Shown: positions 1 to 30,168 of the stretch, piece by piece
Numbering within the stretch: the stretch's first letter is position 1
How the letters are laid out: each line of letters starts with the position of its first letter
Source of the DNA: Camelus ferus
Taxonomy: Eukaryota
Direction of reading: 5' to 3'
NCBI RefSeq assembly: GCF_009834535.1
Contig: NC_045697.1
Location: forward strand, 90,708,001 to 90,772,000
Length of the DNA: 64,000 bases
Notes under the pieces: generated by a model
Told to the model about the DNA's origin: nothing
The model's database searches: none
The model's input: the letters and a program-made list of their open reading frames with translations, nothing else
Translations under genes and position numbers: made by a program

Positions 1-3000
1 AAGTACAATTGCAGAGGTCCTCACCAAGAAGCAAAGGGTAACAAGCCCACTGTGGGCTCTGTAGCCCGGGGGACTTGCACTGGAAGATGATCTTTCAGAA
101 CACTTAGCTTTGAAGGCCAGTGGGGCCCACTTTTAGTAGAGCCAGAGGGCCGTGGGAAATAGTCTCCACTCTTAAAAGGTATACACAAAATCTAACATGC
201 TCCAAGATGCAGAAAAGAAGCAGTAATTTGAAAGGAGACTGGGTCAGGCCCACTTGAAGATCTTGGCCTCCTGGAGAGACAGAAGGCATTGGGACTCACC
301 CTGAGAACACAGGAGGAAGCAGCCACTCTGGGGAACTCATCCTATGACAAGGACACTGGTGAAGTCAAGCACCATTTTTGAATCCTTCCCTAGTTTATTA
401 GTGACCGAACTCAGCCCTGCCCACTAGCCAGTTGGCACTAGTCCTGGGATAACCCAAGCCAAGAAGCTAGGTGGGCAGGAATACAGCCCAGACCACCAAA
501 GGGCCCAGGACCCAGCCCAAATAGCCACTGGTTAGCACAAGGCCTGATACTGCCTGACCCCAACCCTGCTCACCAATGGACCAACTCCAGTTCCGGGACT
601 ACCAGGGCACTGCAGCAAAGATACTGGGCCCTGGCCCTGCCCATCAGTGGGTGGACAGTAGCCATGACACCACCATGGTCCCACAGAGCCAGCCACATTA
701 AGACCCAGCCCACCCACCAGAAGGCCTGTGCCAACTCTGGGAAAACTTGGGTGTCTTAGCCAGCAGCCCTGGGATCTGGTCTCACATATGAGCAAGCCAA
801 CACCACTCCCAGGATTTCCCTGGGCCACAGCCCCACACACCACAAGGCCAACACTAGCTCCAGAACACTGGAGCCAGCCATGCCTGGACTGAGCCCTGCC
901 CACCAGTAGCTGGCAGCCTCTGCCCAAGGTAGGGGCTGGCAATTAGCCTGTCCTGGGGCCAGCCATGCCGACCAGTGCCCACAGAGAACACAGCCAGCCA
1001 CAGCAGAATGGCCCACACAGCCCACATAAAGGGCACCTACAGAGCATGCAGAGGTAAGTGCACTGCCTGGCCCCATAAAATGTCTCCTTCATAAGGCTAC
1101 TCCTCCAAGATCAGGAAACATAAATAACCAACAAACACCTAGAAATAAAAACAGAGAATTAGGCAAAATGAGGCAACAGAGGACTATGTTCCCAACAAAG
1201 AAATAAGGTAAAACCTCAGAGAAGAAATAAGTGAAGAAGAAATAACCTCAGACGAAGAAATAAGTAATCTAATCAATAAAGAATTCAAGGTAATGATTAA
1301 AAGATTCTCAAAAAAACTTGGGAGATGAATGGATGAACACAGTGAGAAGTTAGAAGTTTCTAACACAGACTTAGAAAATTAAAAACAAGGAAACAGAGCT
1401 GAGGAATAAAATGACTGGAATTAAACATACACAGAATGAATCAACAGTAGATTAAATGACACAGGGGAATGGATCAGCAAACTGGAAGACAGAGTAGTGG
1501 AAACCACTCAAGTTGAACAGAAAGAAGAAAAAGGAATTTTTTTTTAAAGGGGATAGTTTAAGGGACCTCTGTGACAACAAGTATAATAATATTCACATTA
1601 TTGGAGTCCCAGAAGAAGAACAGAGACAGAAGGAGCAAAGAATATATTTGAAAACATAAGAATTGAAAACTTCTGAAATCTGGAGAGAAAAAAGGCATCG
1701 AGATACAGAAAGTATAGAGTCAGAAACAGGATCAACCAAAAGAGGACCACAAGGGATATACAAGGGATCTCCCATAAGGCTATCAGATGACTTTTCAGCG
1801 GAAACTCTAAAGGCCAGAAAAGAAGTGGCACAGTATATCTGAAACAATGAAAGGGGAAAACCTAGAACCTAGAACACTCTAGGTAGGGCTATCATTCAGA
1901 TTTGAAAAGGAGATAAAAAGTTTTACAGATAAGAAAAATCTAAAGGAGTTCAGTACCACCAAACAAGCTTTACAAGAAATGTTCAAGGGATTTCTCTAAG
2001 CAAAACAAAAAAGGCCAAAACTAGAAATATGAAAACTATGAAAGGAAAAAAATCTGATTGGTAAAGGTAAATATAAACGAAAGGTAGCAGATCAACCTCT
2101 TATAAAGCTACCGGCAAGTTTAAAAGACAGTAAGATCATCTATACACACAATAAGCAGTTAAGAAATACACAAAACAAAAAGACATAAAATGTGATTTCA
2201 AAAACAGTGAACAGGAAAGGTAACAAAAATGCAGCTGTTAAGATCCATTCACACTTCAGGGACTAGCAACTTAGAACAACTGTGTGTGTATATATATACA
2301 TATACACATATATAAATGTACACATGTGTATACATATAGGTAACATATATATACTTTGCTATGGCTATATGCCTCATGGTAGCCACAAACCCCCCTCCAA
2401 AAAATAGACATACACATTAAAAGAGAGAAAATAATCCAAAAATAACACTATAGTCCTCAAATCACAAGGAAAGAGAATGAAAGAAGAACAAAAAAGAACT
2501 ATAAAAACAACCTCAAAACAATGAATGAAATGGCAATAAGTACATACGTATCAATAATTTCTTTAAATGTAAATGGACTAAATACTCCAATCAAAAAGCA
2601 TACAGTGGCTGACTTATATATATGGTCCCTAAAAGACACTTATATATATGGTCCCTAAAAGAGAGTCAATTCAAATCTGAAGTCACACACACATCAAAGC
2701 CAGGAGATGGAAAAAGGTATTCCATGCAAATGGAAACAAAAAGAGCTGAGGTAGCAATACTTATATTAGACAAAATAGAATTTAAAACAAAGACCGTACC
2801 AAGAGACAAAGAAGTATATAGATCAGATCAATCCAAGAAGATGTATCAATTTGAAACATATATGAACACAACACGGGACCATCTAAATACATAAAGCAAA
2901 TATTAACAGACATAAAGAGAGAAACTGACAGTAACACAATAGTAACGGACTTTTTAATACCACACTTTACATCAATGGACATATCATACAGACAGAAAAT

Positions 3001-3470
3001 CAATAAAGAAACTAATGGCCTCAACTGACACATTAGACAAGATAAACTTAAAAGACAGATATAAAGAGAGCATTCCATCCAAAAGCAGCAGAATACACAT
3101 TCTTCTCAAGTGCAAATGGAACATTCTCTAGGATACATCATATGCTAGGCCACAAAACAAGACGCAGTAAATTTGAGAAAATGGAAATCGTATGAAACAA
3201 CTTTTTTGACCATAACACATAAAACTAGAAATCAACTCCAAGAAAAAAACTGCAAAAAACACAAACATGTGGAGGCTAAACAATATGCTACTAAATAAAC
3301 AATACATTAGTGAAGAAATCAAGAAAGAAATGAAAAAGAAAAAAACCTGGAGACAAATTAAAATGCAAACCAATGGTCCAAAACCAATGGGATACAGCAA
3401 AACCAGGAAGTTTATACAAATAGAAACATACCTCAAGAAACAAGAAAAATTTCAAACAACCTCACTGTAA
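1..3470 (+). mobile_element. Decayed LINE-1: GC-rich 5' region, ORF1 remnants, ORF2 endonuclease; 3' truncated
   Basis: A-rich sense strand; endonuclease start motif ttaaatgtaaatggactaaatactccaatc (LNVNGLNxPI) ~2562-2592; EYTFFSS-like and tggaggctaaacaatatgctact motifs; many stops and frameshifts. Confidence 0.9.
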
Positions 3471-4479
3471 TATCTTAATAAAGCAGTCTTACCTCTTGCC
3501 TCAAGTTACCTTAGAGGGAAATCAACTGTCCTAAGCAATGATATGAGATGAAATATTCTTTTTTTCTCAGTTTTATTAAGAATTAAGTGACTTACAACAC
3601 TGTATAAGTTTAGGCAGAAATGTTCTTAACATAGCTTCCTCAGAACTATACATCATTATTCTTTAAAAATTGTTCAAAGTACAAGCATTGCTTTGTATTT
3701 TTTTAAACTGTAGGGAAAGCCCAAAGTTATGTATATATAAAAAGGAAAAAGAATTCTATGTCTCAGCTAGAAGTGAGTAATATTTACATAATTGTAATAT
3801 AAACTGAATATTGAGATAAAAATTATGAGGTAACTACATTTGGAGGATGAGATCAGATGAAATGAGGACAGAGAGGGGTGAAATTAAAACAACTAAATAC
3901 ATAATTCCTCATCCACAACAGAAACTTAATAGATTTAAATCTAAAACTGAAAAATGAACAAAGAACATAAGCATGTTATTTAGTAATATGGCAGAATATA
4001 CAAAAATAAAGTGTTAAATGAATTGAAGATGTCTGCATCTGAGGAGCAGCAATGAGTGTTTTTGTATGCTTCTTGGTTGTTTGTTAGTAATGTGATATAA
4101 AACATATGTGTACTTTGTACCAGTATCAGCCTATCAATAACGATGCTATGTGCTAAAAATGCCTGGGGGCACTCACAGGGCCTGCAGTAAGCTCCATACA
4201 CAGGCTTTTCTCCTTTCAGAACCACTGTTGTGACTGGATCAGCCATTGCGGTTCTTAAATTGCAAGATCATGATCATTGCCTTAAGCAATAACCATCAGG
4301 AAACTTTGGAAAAAGCAACAACAAGGTTTATTACCCACAGGTCTTGGAGGGTACACAGCACACCAGGGGCTACACAGTGAGATCACAGGTAGAGAAAGTT
4401 TTCTATTATTTTGTAACTTTTCTCTAAGTTTAAAATCATTCAAAATAAAGTTTGAAAAAAATGCCTTGTGAAAAGTGTT

Positions 4480-4745
4480 AAAAAGTTCTTCAGAAGATTT
4501 GGTGCCTGGTGAGATCCTGCTTTCTGATTCACAACTTGTTGTCTTTTCACTGTGTCCTCACGTGGTGGAAGAAGTAAGGGAACTCTTTGGGTTCACTTTT
4601 ATAAAGGAACTAGTCTCATTCATGAGGTCTCTATCTTCATAATATAATAATCATCACACAAATGTGCTACCTCCAAATACCATCACACTAGAGATAAGGT
4701 TTTAACATATGAATTTGGAGGGACACAAATACTCAGTCTACAGCA
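4480..4745 (-). mobile_element. MaLR (MLT1-like) LTR fragment
   Basis: ctgtgtcctcacgtggtggaag ... atatgaatttggagggacacaaatactcagtctacagca resembles MLT1/MST LTR; recognised by eye. Confidence 0.65.
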
Positions 4746-4749
4746 AAAT

Positions 4750-6800
4750 GGTATAGAGTTATATGAAAGTGGACTGAAATTGGTTGTCAATGTATATTGC
4801 AAACTCAAGGGAAATCACTTAAACAAAGGAAAAAAAATAGAAGTATAACTGATATGCTAAGAAAGGAGAGAAAAAGGGAATCAAATAAAATGCTCAATTA
4901 AAACCAAAAAGCCAGAAAAAGAGTGGAAGACAAAAGTAGAAACAAAGAACAAAGGCAAAAAATATGCTAAATATTAATCCAAATGTATCAGTAATTACTT
5001 TGAACCCCAATGGTTGAAATGCATCAATTAAAAGACAAGTGATTCTCAGACTGGAAACCCAACTGTCTAAACTTAGATATAAGAAACCCGTTTTAAGTAT
5101 AAAGACTCAGATAGATTAAAAGTAAATGGATGGGGAGAAATATATCAATGCTAGTCAAAAGAAAGGAGAAGTTACAGCAATTTCCAACAGAACAGACTTC
5201 AAGGCAAGGGAAGTTATCAGGGATAAAGAAGGGCATTACGTAATGATAAAAAGGTCAATACTCCAAGAAGACATGATAAATTTTAATGTATATGCACTTA
5301 CCAATAAAGCATAAACAGAGTGAGACAAAAACTGACAGAAGAGCAAGGAGAAATAGATGAATCTACTATTATAGTTGGAGACTTCAAACACCACTCTCAG
5401 AAATGAACATACCTAGCAGGCAGAAAATCAGTAAGGACAAAGCTGAACTTAACAATACCATCAATCAACCGGACAGAATTGATGTCTCTAGACTACTTCA
5501 TCCAACAACAGAAGACATGTTTTTCTCAAGCTCACATAGAACATTCAACCAGATAGACCCTGAGCCATTGGACAAACCTTAACAAATGTAAAAGAATAGA
5601 AATCATGCAATGCCTGCTCTCAGACTAAAGTGGAATTAACTTTAAATTAACAACAAAATAATAACTGGAAAACTCCAAAACACATGATTAATCAATGCAC
5701 TTATAAGTAACATATGGTTCAAAGAAATTTCATGAGAAATTCAAAAATATTTTGAACTAAATGAAAATGAAAACTCAACTTATCAAAATGTGTGGGATGC
5801 AGTGAAACATACCATTGAATGTATATATTAGAATAAAAGAATGATTTAAAATCAATCATCTAAGCTTCCACCTGAGGAAATTAGAAAAAAAGGAGCATTT
5901 AAATTAAAAGTAAGCAGAAGAAAAGAACCAATAAGAATTAGAGAAATCAATGAAGTTGAAAACAGTAAATCAATAGAGAAAATCAATAAAACCAAAAGCT
6001 GGTTCTTTAAAATGATCAGTGAAATTCATAAGATGCTAGCCGGGCTAACTAAGAAAAAGGAGAGAAGTTACAGATTACTAACATTAGAAATGATAGGAGG
6101 AACATCACTACAGATCCCATGGACATGAAAAGGATAATAAAGGAACATGATGTACAACAAATATGATAACCTAGATGAAATGGACCAATTCCTTGTAACA
6201 CACAATCTGCCAAAACCCACACAAAAGGAAACAGACAATCTGAATAGGCCTATATCTATTAAAGAAATTGAATCAATAATGAATAACCTTCCAAAAGAGA
6301 AAGCATCAGGCCCAGATGGGTTCACTGGTGAATCCTATCAAACTTTAAGGAAGAAATTACACAAATTCTCTGCAATCTCCTTCAGAAGATAGAAGCAGAG
6401 GGAATACTTCCTAACTCTCTCTCTTGGGTCGGCATTACTGTAACACCAAAACCAGGGGAAGACATTACAAGGAAAGAAACTACAGACAAATATCTCATTA
6501 ACACACATGCAAAAATCCTCAACAAATATCAGCAAATTGAATCAAAAAATATATTAAAAGAATTATACACTATGACCAAGTGAGATCTATCTCAGGTGTG
6601 CAAAGCTGGTTCAACATTCAAAAATCAATTAATGTAATCCATCACATCAACAGGCGAAGAAAGAAAAATTACATGATTATATCAATAGATGAAGAGAATG
6701 TTATTTGACAAAATCCAACCATTCATGATAAAAACTCTCAATAAGCTACGAGTAGAGGGGATGTTCCTTAACTGGATTAAGAACATCTACAAAACTGCTC
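4750..6800 (+). mobile_element. Decayed LINE-1 ORF2 (endonuclease to start of reverse transcriptase)
   Basis: RDKEGHYVMIK, IVGDF, DNLDEMDQFL, KASGPDGFTGE and SID..FDKIQ-like remnants; disrupted. Confidence 0.92.
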
Positions 6801-7239
6801 TAGAATAATTTTTTTTAAAGTCAATACAATACCTGGTATTAACAGAATAAAGAATAAACACTCCCCTGAAATTAAAAAAAAAAAAAAAAACCCACAATGA
6901 CAGCGAATTACAGGAACTTCTGAAATTTAACAGCAAAAGCAAGTCTAATTGGAAGACTGGACTCTGGAACCAGCTGCTCAAGCATTATAACATACAACTT
7001 TTAAAGAATTTCCAGAAATGGTAAAAGTTGATTTTTCTATGAACAGAGCTTTTATACAGCTCGCAGGTAGACAAACTTAGGTGAACTTGATATAACCATT
7101 AATGTAGATGAAAAGAGCTTTCCATTTAGAAATAGACCTAACTTTGTGGAGTGGCTCTCAGTTTGTTATATATTCTTACTGAATATCACAATCTTCTATA
7201 TGTATAAAGTCTATCATACCAACCTTATAAGTCTTTTTT

Positions 7240-7356
7240 AATTAGGTTTGTTTCTTTATTATTATTATTATTTATTTAATGCAGGTACAGGGGATTGAAC
7301 CCAGGACCTGACGCATGCTAAGCACGTACTCTAACCTCGAGCTATACCCTCCCCCC
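7240..7356 (-). mobile_element. tRNA-derived SINE (camelid Vic-1-like)
   Basis: Reverse complement of ggggagggtatagctc...gtcctgggttcaatcccc; flanked by direct repeats gtctttttt. Confidence 0.85.
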
Positions 7357-7930
7357 ATGTCTTTTTTCAGCATATATATCACGTGTGTGAAATCTCTCAA
7401 ACGTGAGTTATTATACAAAGAACATTATACTTAATGAAAATGTACCAAAATCATGGAGTTCATTTTCTTAAAGCACCGCACACATTCATTACACTTAGGA
7501 AAAACTGGAGTAAGCACACAGGTATAAAGGAGTGTTCAAGCCACGGTAATTTTTTGTTTTCTCTGTGCTGTTCAGTCAAGTTTAAGTAGTTGGAGTTTAA
7601 AAATCACTTTAAAACCTTTACAGAATTGGAAGAAGTAGCTTTTCAGACTGTAAAGTGAGGAACTGACCAGGTGAAAATATATCATCTCTCAGGTTACCTT
7701 TTTTTATCATCCCGCTGAGGCCTGCAAAAGGCAGGACCGCCAACACTTGCAGCCAAGCTGTAGACCGCCGAAGCACTTCCGGTCGTCGGCCCGGAGGCGG
7801 GGAAACTTGAGCAAGCGGCGCAGATAGTGCCTGTACGCATGCGCACCCGGGCGCAGCCTCTCCGGAGCGAGCTGTCTCATTACGTCACCGCTAGCCTTGC
7901 TAGGACGGCAACCGGCGGGAGTTTTTCAAA

Positions 7931-8017
7931 ATGGAAGCGCGGAGGCGCCGCCCAGGCCTCGGAAGGTGCCCGGGAGACCTTTGCGTGGCTGTGCTGTCGC
8001 CGGGAGCGGCGGCCTAG
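7931..8017 (+). other. PLK4 upstream ORF 1 (28 aa)
   Basis: aaaATGG strong Kozak; MEARRRRPGLGRCPGDLCVAVLSPGAAA-TAG; only relevant if the TSS is upstream of 7931. Confidence 0.55.
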
Positions 8018-8125
8018 ACAGTCAAGCCTGATGGGCGCCAACACTCGCTTGCTGCTTGGAGCGCTGCCTCGAAAGGACTGTGTGAAGGGAGCTAATCCGG
8101 GGAGCACTGACCGGTGCCTGGAAAT

Positions 8126-24375
<16,250 letters not shown>

Positions 24376-24893
24376 TTAAAGCTCCTTCTAGATATATAAG
24401 TTTAATAAATAACATTTTTGTTGGCTTTCAAGTAAAGTGACTTCTTTTTATTTTAAAAAATTTCTTTAGAAAGCCTTTCCATAAAAGATAATTTTAATCT
24501 ATACCATATAGATGTATTCTAATGAGAGAACAAAGCAGGAAAAACTTGAGTCACTTAAAAAATGTAGTAGTTAAAAGTTAAAATAGGACACCTAACTTTG
24601 CTCTTAGAACATATACTCTCAAAATTACTGTGTTCATATATCTGTATTGAATAACCTTTTAAAGCAAAAGTAGAAATAGTTTGTGGTATGTTTTTGCTGT
24701 TTTTGTTTTCCCTACTTCCTAGGCATGTTACGAATCATGGAAAAAACATGCTGGAGTTTTTGAATTTTGAACGTGTAAATGATGTATATTTATGTTATAA
24801 ATAACATATGTAAACATGTATATATGTTTTATATTTATTTTTGTAGCACCAGTTTCTGATGAAACATTTCTGCAAATGCATTTTATAAAAAAT

Positions 24894-24899
24894 AATAAA
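24894..24899 (+). terminator. Likely PLK4 polyadenylation signal (AATAAA); proximal alternative at 24404-24409
   Basis: AATAAA ~520 nt after the stop codon, followed by a T-rich tract. Confidence 0.55.
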
Positions 24900-26849
24900 T
24901 ACAGTGATAAGTTACTTTATCTTTTGATTTATTTAATTAAATACTTTTAATTTAAAATAAGTTACTCAGTAAACTCATTTTTAAATCTTGCCTGTTTAAA
25001 AGGATCCAATTAACTTTTAAAAATTAATTTTGCAAATGGTAAATACATTGGTTCTCTATCTTTATCTGAAAATACTTTTATATTTTAATGATGATAAACA
25101 TTTTAACACTGAAGAACTTAACAATGCGATTAATTAACATGAGGAAAAAGAATATTTGATAGTGGGACAGCCATTGTTAATGAAATACTCAACATAAAAT
25201 GGAGAATGAAACTACTTAAATATGATAAACTGTTAAGTCTAATGCTTCCTCTGATTTTTATAATAAGACAAATATTGGAGCCAATTCCATTAAATAGTCA
25301 GGAAATACCCAATGTCATAATTATTCAACATTGTTTTGGACATTTTTGCCTAAGGCAGTGAGAAGAAAAATAATAATCTGTAACAAATTCTACAGTTAAC
25401 ATTAATAAGAAAAAGACAAACAACCCATTAGAAAAATGGACAAAAGATTTGAACAAATAATTCACAAAGGAGAAAGTCCATATGATCAACCAAAAGAAAA
25501 TATGCTCAACCATATTTATAGTTGGAGAAATGCAAAATAAAAACAAAATCATTTCCCTTTATCAAAAAGATTGGTAAAAAATAATAGTGCTAAGAAGAGC
25601 AAGGCATTCTCAGTTATTATTGATTAGAGTGTAAATGATAAAGCAATTTTGCAATATCTGTTAGAATTAACACATTTTAATACATTGGTAATCCAACTTT
25701 GGCAACGAAAATTATGTAAACCCTTCTCTTAGGGATACAAACATCATTAGAAATAAGAATTTCCCCTTAAAAATGGAAATCATTAACGGAACTCCTAGCT
25801 AAATGTTGAAGGCTAAAGACATACATTTTGCTTTGACACAATTTAGGTGTATTTTTCATCATCTTTTTCAGTCTTAATGTGTCTTTATGCTTCAGGTGCT
25901 TCTCATACATACCATATAGCTGAATTTTTTTAATCCAATGTAATTACCTCTGTAGTTTACTTTGTTGACATTTATTATCATTTCTGATTTATTTTACTAT
26001 GTCTTTACAGTTCTATTGCATTTATGTCCCAACTTATTCTGTACTTTCTACTTACCACACTTGTTTTTTTCCTTTCCTCCCTTCTTTCAAATTGAGCTTC
26101 CTCTTCATATACATATGTGAGTTTTCTTTCAGAAGATGTTTCTTGAATTATAGTTTTTAGAATTTGTTCTGTTTTATTGCTTTGGTTGTCTTCTTTAAGG
26201 GCTTCTACAATATGTATGTTAAATAATCTGTGCCTAATTTTTATATCCATCACTTTTTCCAAATCATTTTTATCTGTTGTTTCTGTTATTTTAATTTTCC
26301 TCCATCTTCAATCTCCCTTATGAAGTAGTCTGTGGCACCTTATAAGTTTCTTATTCTTTTCCTGAACTCTGCCAGCAATATTTTCATATCTTCCTATTAT
26401 TTCTCCATTTCAGAAAATTTTTTGCACTTTTCAGTTTTTCAAATTATAATTTGTCATTTTTTTCAATTTTCCATGACTTAAAATTATTTCTTTCAGTTCA
26501 TTTTATAATGACATTCCATTTTTATCTGTCTTGTGGGCATATCTGGCATTCCTTTGTTGTCTATAAGAACGTTATTTAGTTCAACTGCACTCTTCCTTTT
26601 CCTGCTCAGTATTTAATCCAGTAAATGGCATCTGCATTACTTGCTGCTGTCAGAATCCTGGAAATCATTCTTAACATATTCTTTTACCTCATCTAATCAC
26701 CAACTTATCCTGCCAGGCTACCTCTAAAATATATTTTATATGCTTTTAATTCCAAATTTCACTGCCCCAATCCAAGTCACTAACATACCTCATCTGAACT
26801 AGTGCAATAACCTGCTTGTCTCCAAGCATCTACTCTTGCCTCCTTTATC

Positions 26850-27370
26850 AGTCATGGTTTTGTAGTTGCAAACATCAGAATCTAACCTAGGTAGTTTATG
26901 CAGAGAATGTATTTATTAAAGGATATTAGCTCATAGACTCTAGGAGGGATAGAGATTCAGGCTTTGCACCTAGGAACAATGGTTGGATCACAATGCAGGA
27001 GCTGCCCCAGAAAAGACACCCTACCAACCCTGGCTCAGCACAGATCCCACATCCATGCTGATGAAGCTGTGGGACTAGGTTCCAGGAGCTGTGCCACTGC
27101 TTTCTCCAAAATTTAAGCCACTGACCTTGCTCCCTCGCCAAAATCAATTTTGCTCATGTTGCTCACTTTTGCTCCACTCCTTAGCAAGTCTCACACTGGA
27201 GGCAGGTACTGGCAGAGCCAGAAACACAAATTCATGCCCTGGCTGCAAGGGTAGATGAGAGAGAGAGAGTGAATGCATTTTGGCTTCTATCTAAGAGGAG
27301 AAGGTCAACATGAGAAGTTCTCAAATGTGGAAGGGTCTTTGGGAAGAGTGGCTACAAACATGATAAATGT
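26850..27370. mobile_element. MaLR (MLT1-like) LTR remnant
   Basis: tatcagtc...gttgcaaacatcagaatc...atttattaaaggatattag pattern; GC-richer island. Confidence 0.5.
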
Positions 27371-28034
27371 CCTCCACATCCACTCCAATTTATACTTCAC
27401 ACTGCGGCCAGCTTATTCTAAAAGACAAAGCTGATTATATTATTAACTTTAAATTAATTGTGGAAATTTAAAAACACAAAAAAGTACAGATATAACAATA
27501 TAAGGAGCCTCCACGTAGCTCCCACTCAACTTCAGCAAATATTTTGCCAATCTTGTTTCATCTATCCTACTGACATCCTTCCCCCACTGGAGTATTTTGA
27601 GGCAAATCCCAGATATATAATTTCTATCATAAATTTTTTAATATCTTTAACAGATAAAGACCTAAAAAAGTATAACTATAACACATCTCAGAATTAACAA
27701 TTCCTTAATATCATCTAATGTTGTCTAGTTTCAAATTTCTCCAATTGCCTCAAAAGTATTCTTACATTTGACTTAAAAGAAGATCAAAAATAAGATCTCT
27801 GTAATGCATTTGATTTACGTATCTCTGAAGTTTCTTTTCATCTATGACTTCTGATCTCTCAACTTTTATTTTTTCTATGCCAATTTTTTGTTTAACTTTA
27901 AGAAACTGAACCATTTGTCTATAGAATGTATCACCTTCTGGGCTTAGATGATTACTTACTAGTGGTGGCATTTACTTATCTTTTGTATTTCCTGTAAACT
28001 GATAGTTTACATCTATAGGCTTGATTAGATTCTG

Positions 28035-28038
<4 letters not shown>

Positions 28039-28065
<27 letters not shown>

Positions 28066-28066
28066 T
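28039..28066. repeat. Poly-T run (28 nt)
   Basis: Direct observation. Confidence 0.95.
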
Positions 28067-28437
28067 CTGGCAGGAACACTTTCATAGGCTGTACTGAGTA
28101 CTTCCTGCTGCATCAAATCAGGAGGCACATACCACTTACCCATTTTTAATGATGTTAAGAATGAACAGTGGGTTCAAGTGTTGTTAGCCTCATCCATTCT
28201 TTAGAAAGTTCCTCATTAATCTTCCACCTAGTATTTTTGCCATTCACTGATGATTCTTGTCCCTATCTATTATTTCACTAACGGTTGCTAAATGGGAATT
28301 TTTCTAATTCTGTTAATCCTTTTGTATTTAGTAGTTTGGATTATACTATAGAAAATAACTTTACCTCATCAATATTTGACTACCCTGAAATTTAGATAGG
28401 CAGAAGAGATGCTTGAGTCTTTATTTTCTGGTTTTTA

Positions 28438-28572
28438 ATGGGTTTTTCTTGTGGGGTAGTGGGAGGTAATTAGGTTTGTTTGTTTAATGAGGGTAATGGG
28501 GATTGAACCCAGGACCTCATGCATGCTAAGCACACACACTACCATAGCTACTGAGCTATATACCCTTCCTCC
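28438..28572 (-). mobile_element. tRNA-derived SINE inserted in an old L1
   Basis: Same family, reverse; TSD ttattttctg (28421-28430 / 28573-28582). Confidence 0.88.
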
Positions 28573-30162
28573 TTATTTTCTGTTTTTTAGAATAAAGAGC
28601 TAAAATCCTAGCAACCTCCAAAGGTGGCCAGTTATCTTATTTTTAGTATCATTTTGAACTCATAGATTTTCCACACAGTTGATGTGTTTAAATCAACTGC
28701 AGATATTCTTTTCAGTGCTTTAATTGCCCCATTTTTGGCTACTAGAAGTCCCTTTATTTGACTCCTGTGTCCCTTTGGAAAGACTTCTTTAATAAACTCC
28801 CTTGCTTTCTGGCACTAGATGTAGGCTCGTTTTGCCCCACACCTGGAATCAGCCACTTCTACAAGGAGCCCAGGTTTCTTTTTAGAGTCCAAGTTACCTT
28901 AAATACCTTCCTATTTCTCTTAAATAAAGTCCAAAATACTTAAGTGCTTATAGTAACATTCTTCCTAACATTGGTATATCACAAATGGGTTACATTTGTA
29001 AATGGAAAATTGATCCATTTAGTGCTCCAAGATCACTGGTACGGACTGTGTTGACTGAAAAAGCTGGGTATAAGTAGCTTTATCCATTTTCCACAATATT
29101 TTCTATGATTATGATCATGTGAAAACAGTTGAGAGGTGTAGGGTACAGCGGATAAGTATCTATGTCAACTCAGGTAACCTGCCTTTGGTGGAACCTGCTT
29201 TTCTCCACCCAGTTATAAAACTATTTACTCTACGTAACTGAGATGATTCTGACAGAGTTCTTCCCTCACACAACTATATTCCCAGAATAGATGTGTGATC
29301 CAGGCCTGGATCCATCCCCTGCCCACCTGGTAGACTCCAGGATGGGTATGTACGCTAAACTTGGCTAGTTGGAGCCTTTTGGAGCCTTTTCTGATACTTC
29401 TGCTTGAGCCATTCTTCCCCAGAACTGTGAGCTATAAAGGTATTGCGAGCTTGAGGCTGTCAGCGGCCATCTTGTCACAAAATGAAGAGTGCCTAAAAAT
29501 AAAGTCAAACAGAGGTATGTTGAACTAAAAGAAAAAAACAGAGTCCTGATGACATTATCTGGATTCCTAGCTCCAACCATGCACAGAGTTAGAATACCTA
29601 ACTCTTACTTGCCACCAGAGGAGTCCTAATGCTTGAGGCCTAAAGGTCTTGAACTGTCTCTCCATAGCCTCAACTAACAGAACTTTTTCTCAATCACTAT
29701 ACTCCAGCCACCCTGGACCTATTTTTAGTTCTGGGAAAGCCCCAACATCTTCCCACCTCCAGGGCTTTGCACACATCATGCCTTCTACCTGAAATGCACT
29801 TGTCCCACTCCACCAATCTAAACCATTCTCTTCCACCAGGCCTTAGTTAAATCATTACTTTCTTAGAAAAATATTCCCTGACTTTCCCATTCAGCTACAT
29901 CGCCTTCATTACTCCCTACACCTCTCTTTCATCGCCCTTTCCTTGAGCATTATCATCTGTGTTATCATTTGACTAATGTCTCACTTTCCTGCCAATATGT
30001 AAGTCTAATGAGGGCAGGGGCTTTGTGTATTGTGTTTACTGTTCCGCTCCCCGCAGTGGCATGGTGATTGGTGCATACTTGGGCCCCTTGAATATATATT
30101 TAAAGGATAAATATGAATAAGTAATCTTTTAAGGCTTTAGGTACAAATATATAATAATCTTG

Positions 30163-30168
30163 TTTATT
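30163..30168 (-). terminator. Probable distal MFSD8 polyadenylation signal (AATAAA on minus), implying a ~2.6 kb 3' UTR
   Basis: TTTATT on + at the boundary between unique sequence and repeat-rich intergenic DNA; closer candidates exist (e.g. 32041-32046). Confidence 0.45.

Larger units (their letters stand above)
27450..28890 (-). mobile_element. Old L1 (L1MC-like) 3' fragment, interrupted by a T28 run and a SINE
   Basis: gagtattttgaggcaaatcccag...cctggaatcagccacttctacaaggagccc motifs. Confidence 0.65.

Noticed and set aside
532..1076. 136-aa and 106-aa minus-strand ORFs
   Set aside because: Antisense of the GC-rich L1 5' region; low-complexity, non-ATG or weak starts, no recognisable domain.
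2622..6535. Several ORFs with endonuclease/RT-like peptides
   Set aside because: Fragments of dead L1 ORF2 with many stops and frameshifts; not an active element or a domesticated gene.
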